Assembly (NCBI RefSeq): GCF_964355755.1 | Contig: NC_092673.1 | Location: 11,938,948 to 12,002,947, forward strand | Direction of reading: 5' to 3' | Source: Antedon mediterranea | Lineage: Eukaryota; Animalia; Echinodermata | DNA length: 64,000 nt | In this document: positions 53,977-64,000 of the stretch, in pieces | How positions within the stretch are numbered: the first letter of the stretch is position 1 | How the letters are laid out: each line of letters starts with the position of its first letter | The notes under the pieces: model-generated | What the model was told of the DNA's origin: nothing | Database searches by the model: none | Seen by the model: the letters and a program-made list of their open reading frames with translations, nothing else | Position numbers and translations under genes: made by a program

Positions 53977-56900
53977 ATGTCGATTCCTTTATGGAAGCAA
54001 ACAATATTGGAACGGAAAGAAAAAAAGAAAGAGGAAGAAAAACGGAAAGCCGCTGAAGCTGAGCAACGCCGGTTGGACGCCCTACCGCCGTGGAAACGCG
54101 TTATCGAGGAAAGAAATGTCATCATTATTTCGGCGGACAAAACAGAAGTAGGCCTAGGTCTAGAAGTTAAAAAGTCGGATCGAAAGGTAGCTGAAAAAAT
54201 AAAGGATCATTTGAAAAAAGAAAAAAATGATGATGGTGTTTCTGAGGAACACTGCACGTCCGTTGGAGACAACCCATTTTTGAAACTCGACAAAAACAGA
54301 TCACATAAAACACAAAATTCACGAAATGTTGGTGCATCAACTTCAAAAACAACTAGACCAGAAGGACATGGAATAAAAATTAATAAAACTGGTGTAACTT
54401 TTATTCAACAAAGTACAAAACCTGATGTAGCAGCAACATCTTTCACCTCAACACAGAAAAAAACTGAGCATAATGTACCAGTATTGTCAGAAAATAATGA
54501 ATCTGTAAAGCAAAATGATTTTGTTGACAAACAGCAACTTAGTGTAAGTGAACTACTTGGACGATTCAAGTATTCATCTCAAGAAAACCTTTTGGATGTA
54601 GGTATTACATCACCACCAAGACAATCAAGGAGTACATCAACAAATAAGACCTCAAGAAGCAAAAGTTTAGATCGCAATACAGCCAAGAAAGTTGATAATA
54701 TTTCACATTCTGTACACTGTTTACCAACTGCTGCAAAAGCCTCACCATCTTTTCCACATTCAAAACAAGTTTTATCAACTCCTAAAGTAACTGAAAAGGA
54801 CAATTTGCACTCTGCTCTAATAAATAGCGAGTATGATATCCTGACAAGAAAGAAGAATAAACCAGATTTGTCTGCGAGTGAGTTAATTGATTTAGGAGCA
54901 GATGCTCCCATTAGCCCCTTGTCAACATTGTCACCGTTCAATTTTGAAATTATTGAAAGTGCTCGTATACAAAGAAAGATTAAAGCTGATAAAAATGAAA
55001 TTGCAGAGACAGAAAAAGGAGATATAAATACAAATCTAGGTAACAAAAACTACTCTGTTTCCACGCAAAAATACAAGAATGAACATGTAACCCAAAAAAA
55101 AGGAAATAAGAAAGAAGATGTGTCTGTTGATACAAACTCATTTAGAAATAATGACAACTTGAAGAAATCTGTTTTAGGAATGCCTTCAACACATACTGTT
55201 CAAGACCTTTCTCCAGTACCACCACCAAGAAATAAGAAAAAGAAAAAAGCTCCAAAATTAGAAGAAGCTGTCATGAAAAAAGAATCTCATAAAGAAAACT
55301 CAGCTAATGAAAAAACATTTTCTATAAAATCTGTCCCACAGCAACAAAATCTTAAAAAAGAAAACAAAGTTCACTTAGTAATTGGCGATGTTAAAACAAA
55401 ACAAGTTGGTGTTAAAAGTGAAGTAAGTGCAGCCAAGGAAAATCATATATCATTGAATGATAAAGATGACCTACCTGTTTCAAATATAGATGACATTTTA
55501 TTGTCACCTGTAAAACGAGAAGTAGGTGAAGAACTTGAAACGTATAAACGAAAATCAGATGACAAATTGGTTAATCTAAGTGATGGGGAGAAAAAGAAAG
55601 GAGTTGTTAAAAAAATAACCTCTGTAGAGTTTGTCGGAGAAAACGAATTTACTGGAAATCTTTCCATATTAAAGTCAGTTGATGGAAATCATGCAATAAA
55701 ATCAAAGGTGAGTCAGTTCACAGTTATAATATAATTCAGAGAGAAATTCTAGGCACTGTACTGTGGGAATATTTGCTGTGTTAGTCTTATTAATGTATAC
55801 TACTAATTTCAAATTTAATTCATAATTTTTGAGATTGTGTTTACTCAATATTTAAGATGCCCACAAATATTTTAAAAACTTGAGTACCATAATTAAAGTT
55901 AAAAAATATGAACCAAAGAGAAAAAAATAGGGTGTTTCCTGAATTAGTCAACCATTGAATGAGTAGTATACAGCACATTGTTGCCCATTCATGCATACAG
56001 CACCTACTGTACTATGCATACAAATAAAGTACTTTTTTTCTTTTGTGATTTACTGTACAGTATTGTGTTGGATATGCCCTTTAGACATCTGTAATTCAAT
56101 GACGTATCCATGCTGTACCTGCTGAGTATCAGCAAAATACATACAACCAAATACAAGTTATCATGTGTGGGCAATGGTCATATTGACATTTTAAGGTGTA
56201 ACTGTAATAATGTTTGAACAAACTTGATTTTAAAAATACTGTTGATAGAACTGGCACAATCTAAAATTCTAAGTTGGATCATACTCTTGAATTTATAATA
56301 CATGTAATAACCACATTTAATTAGGTTATACTGTATGCATTGTTGATATAAAGTTAGTCTGGGCTCCAGACGGAGTTTTTTCTTAATATTAGTAAAAATA
56401 TAAATATTTTTGCACATATGGCGTTTCATACATGTATTACTTGAGTTTGGATACTCCGTCTGGGGAAACACGCAAAAGTCACGTGGTTTGACACCAAGAA
56501 TTCTTGGTGCATAGATTATCCGGTTGACTAGTTTCAGCTGCATGCGATTGGCTACTCACTCGTACACCGTTTTAATATTCATGTTTCAGAATTTCAAAGA
56601 CTCAACAACTAAGAAGGTACGCATGCGCTATGTTACGTTTAGAAAATGTGTACTTGGGTACATTAATGACAGTTTCTGAAGGCTAGAAATGATTTTATAC
56701 CGTATGCCTAGTAGTAGTCTGGTAAACATTTGATAGGATTTTTCCCAAGAAAACTCGTCTTGCTTCTCCGCAAATCAAACATTGAATGGATTGAATGGAT
56801 CATTACGCGGAGATAATTTGATTTAATTCCCACCCAGACCCTGTCCTGTTCTGTGTAGTGGTGTAGCCCTGTCTGTTGTTGTGTGTGAATCCTGTTGTGT

Positions 56901-59900
56901 GCCGGTGGTGGTATGTACAGTAGGCCTACCTTATTGGCGTTTTATTTGGCAGGTCATACGTGCCAGTTGAGTAGGACCTACGAAGGAGGCCTAGGCTAAG
57001 GACTAAACAATTAATAAACAAAACAACTTGGCAACACGATTTCATATTTCAACAGTTCTCGATCGTACATTCAGCACTGTACGTACTCTATCTTTTTCAT
57101 TTTGAAACAAAATGATCATTGGTTGATTCGAAATCCATATTTACATACCGCCCGCCCCATATAGCCAAATACGGTATGATAACCTACGTCATTCTTATCG
57201 GATGTTTGCGGTCTGCAAATCGATTTCTATACGTGTTTCACAAGTCTGTATTTTCAGACAAAAATCGCAGTCGAAATAAAAACAAATAAATAAAAATAAA
57301 AAACAATACAGACTTGGGGCAAGTCTAATATAAAGTTTGCGGTACACCACATATATATCGTCGATTTCAATCCAAGTCTGCCCTAAACCGTCTCGGCCAA
57401 AGTCAAGTCAGCCCCAAGTCAAGTCGGCCTCAAGTCAACTCGGCCAAAAAATAATCGGTCAACTCTGCCCCATTAAAGTATGGAACGCCAAAAGTGCAAA
57501 TGATGGGATTGATAAAATAATATTTCTTCACAATTTTTTAACTATAAATAATTCTGACTTTTAATGAATATTAATATTTAGACAATAATATATTTAGCAA
57601 AAAAAAATAGGAATGATTTCACCAAATTTCCTTTATTTACGTTCAATAAAATTTCAAATTGCACAATTGAAAACAATTTCGTAGCTGCGCCTTTTGGCAG
57701 CTTTTTCGATATCTACAACTGCTACGTGTTTTCACTGACCAGGGGATTCCCCTTTTATTTAAACGCAAATCATGGACAAAAACAATGTACAATCATTTTT
57801 TCTATGGCCAAATGGTGGAACGTAGGCCTCCGTTTTCGATTTACTAAAATACCTGCACGTGTTTTTGTAACACGCGGGTACTATATTCATATCGGCAATG
57901 AGTTCATTTTTTTATATGATATTATTAATTATATTATTTTTTTTATTTCTTCATTTTTTTTAAAGAATCATAATAATATTAAGCACTTTTTGCGTTCCAT
58001 ACTTTATTGTGGCCGAGTTGACCGATTAGTTTTTGGCCGAGTTGACGTGAGGCCGAGTTGACTTGAGGCCGACTTGACGTGGGGCAGACTTGACGTGGGG
58101 CAGACTTGACTTTGGCCGAGACGGTTTAGGGCCGACTTGACCTGCACCCATATCGTCACACGAACCGGCGAATCCGCAAAATGTCCATTTCGAGAAAATC
58201 ACGATTGTAAAAAAGGCACTTTTTGCACGGTCATTTCTCGCAAGAAAAAAAGCGAATGTCCATTATTTTTGTGGTAATTATGTAAAAATATATCAAATGA
58301 ATAATTTTAAAGTGTCCATAAAAAAATAAACTCATTAATTAAAGAGTAATCACTTAATTAATACATTCGTCACTTCGTGTGAAGATTATTTACCGCGTAT
58401 CACGTAACTAAGCGATATTCGACGCATATTCGTCACTTCGTGTGAACAAGAATCTTACGCAATGACTATGAAATATGCGGTATTCGCCGTGATTGCGTGG
58501 TAATGAATAGGCAGTTCCACGTAAACATCTTAGATAGAGCCCTAACGATAATAATATAAAGTAAACAAATTATTCTGTTAAAAATCCAAAAGAACAATCA
58601 CAAATCAGTTGCAAAATATAATTTATAGTAGCCTAACTGATGCACAAACATCATTTCAGCTATTGTAAATAATAAAATATTGTAATTTAATTATTAATTT
58701 ATACATTATTTGATCTCTACATAAGGCAAGGCAATGTTATATAGTTAGAATAAACGTTTTTAATTCAATATTCCCTTAGTAGGCCCTACGGGAACAGTTA
58801 AAAAATAATTTAGACAGTCCATTGTACAATACGGCTTTATCAGCATATTAGGCCTACAATCATTTAGCCATTCATGGCCAATATAGTATTTATTAAATAA
58901 CATTTAATGTGTTATCTGCCTTTTCTAATATCCGTATTAAAAGGCTAATTTTAATTATTTACTAATTTAATGTGATACCGTAGCAATGTGGTCTTATTGT
59001 AGGGCATATCACAGGATAACATTTTTTTTCAGAACTAATATTCGTGGTGTACCGCCAACTTTATATCAACATTTGATTTTGCCATGCAAACTTTCAAACA
59101 ATACTTTATATGCATATCGTAAGCGTCCGCGTCTGTTGCTTTCAACTGGTCAATGTGTCTTTTCCACACTCTGCCATCCTGAACACTAATTACGTATGAT
59201 TTTGGAGCAATATGTTCAAAGGATAACCTAGAGCAAGAGCCTACGCGCATCAAGCGGGGTACACAATGTGCTCGTGCATATACTACAGACAATCAAACAA
59301 AATATGACATTTTCTTGGACCAAAATAACAATCTTAACATTAACCTTCTTTCAAATGTTCATACAGTACACTATATTAATGTTAAAAGTATATACTGTAC
59401 AGTCAGATCTGTACAGTACTTTGACAGTACATCATTTTTCAAAATGTTTTTTTCAAGATGTCATAGTAAAAAAAAAAGATTCATTGCAGTATTATACTTT
59501 TACAGTGCATCATTTTTCACAATGTTTTTTCAAGATGTCATCCTAGTAAAAAAAAATGCATGCGGAATCTTTAACTTGTGTATGGCTCGGTTTAGTCTGG
59601 ACTCCAGACTGAGTTTTGTCTTAATTTTAGTAAAAATATATATATTTTTGCACATGGCATTTCATACGTGTATTACTTGAGTTTGGATACTCCGTTTGGG
59701 GAAACACGCAAAAGTCACGTGGTTTGACATAGTGCATAGATTATCCAGTTGACTAGTTTCAGCCGCATGCGATTGGCTATTCACTCGTACGCTGTTTTAA
59801 TATTCATATTTTAGAATTTCAAAGACTCAACTCAACTGAGATGTAGCGCATTCGCTATGTTACGTTTAGAGCTGTAGACAATGTGTGGGGATGTACACAC

Positions 59901-62900
59901 GTGACGTGTGTACTTTTGTACATTGATGAAAGTTTCTAAAGGCTAGAAATGATTTTACTGTATATGCCCAGTAGTCTGGTAAACATTTGATGGGATTTTC
60001 TCCAAGAACATGGAAACACTTCTTGATAATGATAGGCATAGCTTTTTCGCAAATCAAACATTGAATGGATTTATTATGCAGAGATTATTTAATTCCCACC
60101 CAGACCCTGTCCTCCTCCTAGCCTGTCCTGTCTGTGTGGTGGTGTAGCTCTGTTGTGTGCCGGTGGTGGTATATGTACCTTATTTTTTTAATTTTTTTAA
60201 ATTCTCATTTTAGGCAAATTGCCAAGGATAACCACAAGTAAATTCATTCACTATCCTTCTCAAAGGTGGCAATCCCATTTACAAGACAAACATATACACA
60301 AGATACTACATAAACAAAGACTTTGGAGTGGAGTTGTAAATTGTTATGAGAAAAAAACCTATGACAGGACTTTAACCTAGGACCCTTAGATTGGTAGCCA
60401 AGCATCATAACCACCAATCCACAGCCCCACTCATAGGCCTACGTACGAGTTGAGTTGGCCTACGAAGGAGGCCTAGACAATTACCGTAGTTCCTCGGGTA
60501 TAATCCCACCTCGAGTATAATCCCACCCCCGACTTTACGATTACCTTCGCACGCAAGCATATCCCCGGGAAAAGTCCCAATGTATAATTTATCATTAGGA
60601 TAGAGGTAGGCCTAGTTAGCTAGGCCGACATCGATTTTTTTAAAGAAATTCTCACCAAAAAATAGAGTAATTTCTCTGAATTCGGCTGACTTCATTTCAT
60701 TTCATTTCATAGTAACATTTATTTCCTTCATAATATACAAAATAAATAATATAATACAAAATTCATGACGAGAAGAAAGATAGTTAAAACAATACAATTT
60801 TTTTTTTTCTCATCTTTAAAACTTATTAAAACTCATCAAACATTGGCCATCGTAAAGTTGAATACAACCTTAATATCATTGCCCCGAGCTTCGCGTTTTA
60901 GGGCATTTTTTAAGTAGAAATCTGGGAGAAAATCTATACAGTAGGCATAGACCAATTAGGCCGCCTAGGCCTAGATGACCTGGCAGTCTAATGTCTAGGC
61001 CTACATCGGAATATAACTTTAGATAGCCTAAATCGTAGCCAGAAGAAATATTGTCATTTTCAGTTCATGCACTGGGAAATCCCCGGGTATAGTCCCACCT
61101 CCAAAATTCGGGCAAATTTCACGTACAAGGGGGGTGGGATTATACCCGTGGAACTACGGTAATAAACAAAACAACTTGGCAACACATTTTTATATTTCAA
61201 CAGTTGTTCATTCTCGATCGTACATTTAGCACTGTACGTAATACGGTATGATAACCTACGTCATTCTTATCGAATGTTTGTGGTCTGCAAATCGATTTCT
61301 ATACGTGTTTCAGAAGTCTGTATTTACCCAAAAAATGATGTTTTTCGCCCAAAAAAAAGCCAACTTACAGACATTTCATTATTTTTTTATATAAATTACC
61401 TGCTATAATAGTCCTAGTCATGATAGAACCAATAATAAGTGATTTGGAGGAGGTTTGCGCAGGTTTTTTTTAGGTTTGCACGATTTACACTGTAAAATCT
61501 GACATTTTACCCCAAAAAATGATGTTTTTCGCCCAAAAAAAAGCCAACTTACAGCAATTTCATAATTTTTTTTTCATAAATTACCTGCTATGATAGTCCT
61601 AGTCATGATAGAACCAATAATAAGTGATTTGGAGGAGGTTTGCGCAAGGTTTTTTTAGGTTTGCACAGGTTTTTTTTAGGTTTGCGCGATTTACACTGTA
61701 AAATCTTACATTTTACCCAAAAAATGATGTTTTTCACCCAACTTTAACAGCAATTTCATTTTTTTTTTCATAAATTACCTGCTATGATAGTCCTGGTCAT
61801 GATAGAACCAATAATAAGTGATTTGGAGGAGGTTTGCGCAGGGTTTTTTGAGGTTTGCGCTTGGTTTGCGCAGTTTAGCAATATCCAAAAATGGGGTATG
61901 TAATTGCATGATGCGCTCTATTAAATTGGATTAACTAGTACAAAAAGAGAAAACAAATTCTATTTGTGGCCATATGGTGACGTCAGAACATCCGGTAGGT
62001 ACAAATTTACATGGATTGATTTCTACAACTCATCAGCTTCCATAATACATTTTTAAAAATGGGGGCAACTAGCATTATACTTAGCACACGATTATTAAAG
62101 TTTAACGTGCATGTGCGTCATTATTTTGCAACTAAAGTTTATCAAAATAAATGAAATCTACTACAGAAAATATGAAAAATAAAATTCAATTTTATTATTG
62201 AAAATTGTTAGAAAATTGATGACTTTTACGCGATATGCGCTCTATTGAATGTGACGAACTGTGTCGAAAGAGATAAAAATCAGATGGCCATATATGATGA
62301 CGTCATAACATATTTACAGTCTAAATTCATATTTACAACTCATTACCTTTAAAAAAAAATTTAACATGGATAGATTAACACATTATTTTAATTTAATTTC
62401 ATATTTCACATCATTAATTTTTATAGTTTGATTAAAGGCATTTTTATCATTGTTTTATTTTCTTTCATTTTGTTTGTTTTATGTTGACATATTTAAATAA
62501 ACTGATTTGCCACTAGAGTGTAGAGTTTTAAGTTTAACAGTTTTAAACCTACTGTGGACATGGTGAAACTGAATAATAAAATGCAGTTTAGTTGTGTCCA
62601 GCTGTTACTACAGTACTGTGTAGCTACCTCACAAAAACATATTTTCTTTACACCATCTATCAAATACTGAGAATGCAGCTATTGTGTGCCATTTTCCAGA
62701 TGACTTGCTCAGTGGCTGGTGTAAAGCATAATGCTATTACTGTACAACAGAATAATAGATAAGATTTTAAAATGACATTTCTTATTGATCTATTTGCACT
62801 TTTATTAATTGGGTTTTAAATCTCTAATTTTGTTATCTGCATTAATGTATTAAATTAATACTCTAGCCAAATGGGTATCGCTTTCCAGACACAACTGATG

Positions 62901-63880
62901 ATAGCCAGCCTCTTTCTATAGGCCACAGACCCTGTATGCTTGGAGCTTTAGTAAGTTTTGGGTTAGCCAGGCTAAGTTTTGGTAAAGTTCAAAAGGATGA
63001 ACCTATAATACCATGAATGCATTTTCATTGTTGTGATCGACCATAATTTGTTATTGTTCAAAAGTTCCAAAATTAATTTCAAAAACTATGCTCTGTTTGT
63101 TAAATCGACCAACTAAAGTCCCAAAAAAGAGAGGAAAGTAAACGAGTGTCATTTTCATTTTTATGATGTAATTTTATAAATTGGGTCACATATTTTCAAC
63201 AACAGTATACTGCTCCTCAGAATGAAAGGTAACCATCATGTTTCAAAATACAGTCTTCCCAGTATAATTCTGGTCATTTTGCATGGATCAATTATTATAA
63301 TGAATATGAACATGTTGCTCCCAGATTGCAGACAGAGAGAAGATTGTATTACGATTTTGTGGCAAAATTTCTATTTATATTTGACGTGGTCAATTTCTTT
63401 TTTTTTTTCAGATCCAGCATTATAGATTAGTAGGGCTAAATATTTCATAAATGATAAAAACAATCCGTCAGGTTGCAAAAAAATATAAATATCCATTATT
63501 TTGTTTTAAAAAGTTAAATCCGCGTCTGAATAATAGATTTAATAATACTTCTAAAAAAGTGCACCTTGTAAAATTCAGAGATGGAAGACAGCTACTATAC
63601 TGTATCTACTGATATTCACTTTTTATGTCTATTTCGTTTCAGAAATCTGTTACATTTAATCAACAGTTAAGTGAAACCTTTGATTATGCTTCGGAGGCAG
63701 CTGCAAATTTGTTTTTTGATGAAATTGAATCAGTTGGCAGTACAGAAAATGAAAATTTAAAGGACAGTTCAGATGTTAAATTAACTGACGAAGTTACTGA
63801 CAACATCAATGAAGATGATGAAATTGAACACAAATCTGTTGACGATGGCCTTAAAAGCAATACATCAATAGGAAATAAAG
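53977..63880 (+). CDS. Phostensin/taperin-family (PPP1R18/TPRN-like) PP1-binding protein, 5' part
   Basis: Exon 53977-55707 starts MSIPLWKQTILERK...RLDALPPWKRVIEER and has SVGDNPFLK (Phostensin_N-like). A phase-0 splice to 63643-63880 gives KKSVTF (RVxF PP1 motif) followed by ETFDYASE. The donor at 63881 shows the gene continues beyond the window. Confidence 0.8.
56353..57255 (+). repeat. ~900-bp dispersed repeat, copy 1 (uninterrupted)
   Basis: Colinear with 59592-61325 once two insertions are removed from that copy. Confidence 0.85.
57373..58148. mobile_element. MITE with arrays of CAAGTCGGCC-like subterminal repeats
   Basis: CCCTAAACCGTCTCGGCCAAAGTCAAGTC / GACTTGACTTTGGCCGAGACGGTTTAGGG inverted. 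A fragment of the same family is at 32632-32690. Confidence 0.85.
59130..59215 (-). mobile_element. Gypsy/Ty3 integrase C-terminal remnant
   Basis: APKSYVISVQDGRVWKRHIDQLK matches the SY.V..G..W.RH.DQL tail of Gypsy integrases. Confidence 0.6.
60182..60430 (-). mobile_element. tRNA-derived SINE
   Basis: The minus strand begins GGGGCTGTGGATTGGTGGTTATGATGCTTGGCTACCAATCTAAGGGTCCTAGGTTAAAGTCCTG (A/B-box-like) and ends in an A-rich tail. It is absent from repeat copy 1. Confidence 0.65.
60484..61159. mobile_element. pogo-like MITE, TA TSD supported by an empty site
   Basis: TA|CCGTAGTTCCTCGGGTATAATCCCACC ... GGTGGGATTATACCCGTGGAACTACGG|TA. The empty site ACAATTAATAAACAAAACAACTTGG is at ~57007-57031. 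Confidence 0.92.
61323..61855. repeat. Three tandem ~185-205-bp units
   Basis: TTTACCCAAAAAATGATGTTTTTC...CATGATAGAACCAATAATAAGTGATTTGGAGGAGGTTTGCGCA starts at ~61323, ~61506 and ~61712. Confidence 0.92.
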
Positions 63881-64000
63881 GTGACTTTCTTTTTCTTTGC
63901 TATTTTTTTGTGGTGTCGCATGATTTTATAACATAAGCCTTGTTGAACCATGAGCCCCTTTCACACAGAATTGCAGCCCTATTTTGATAAGCAATCCAAT

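Larger units (their letters stand above)
59592..61325 (+). repeat. Dispersed repeat copy 2, carrying SINE and MITE insertions
   Basis: Shares TTACTTGAGTTTGGATACTCCGT.TGGGGAAACACGCAAAAGTCACGTGG, TTCCCACCCAGACCCTGTCC and ATACGGTATGATAACCTACGTCATTC with copy 1. Confidence 0.85.

Noticed and set aside
54167-55667. Minus-strand ORFs inside the taperin-like exon
   Set aside because: Antisense shadows of a real coding exon.

Overview
AT-rich, intron-containing animal genomic DNA. It is probably a marine invertebrate deuterostome such as an echinoderm, inferred only from gene content and repeat style. Four protein-coding genes were rebuilt by hand from GT/AG splice sites with consistent phases. (1) An apparently complete 11-exon minus-strand secreted trypsin-family protease (537-11255, ~624 aa) with the order signal peptide, WAP-like Cys domain, CCP, CCP, protease, Thr-rich linker, CCP, CCP. 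(2) Rab14 (+, CDS 24011-37842, 215 aa). (3) A CCDC105/TEKTL1-like gene (-, 42155-45435, 453 aa) with an RFX X-box upstream. (4) The 5' part of a phostensin/taperin-like PP1-binding gene (+, 53977 to beyond the window end). Introns and spacers hold many nested non-autonomous transposons, LINE/LTR scraps and tandem arrays. The best leads are the protease with CCP domains on both sides of the catalytic domain, a (TA)n-flanked inverted-repeat element carrying an intact tRNA cloverleaf with anticodon ATC, three CAG...CTG elements with 5-bp target-site duplications (TSDs; one supported by an empty site in the window), a 3.8-kb long-TIR element holding a minisatellite next to the Rab14 promoter, and TAGGCCTA clusters inside first introns. 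There is no CRISPR array or prokaryotic system. No database search was possible, so family names come from recognised motifs and novelty is untested.
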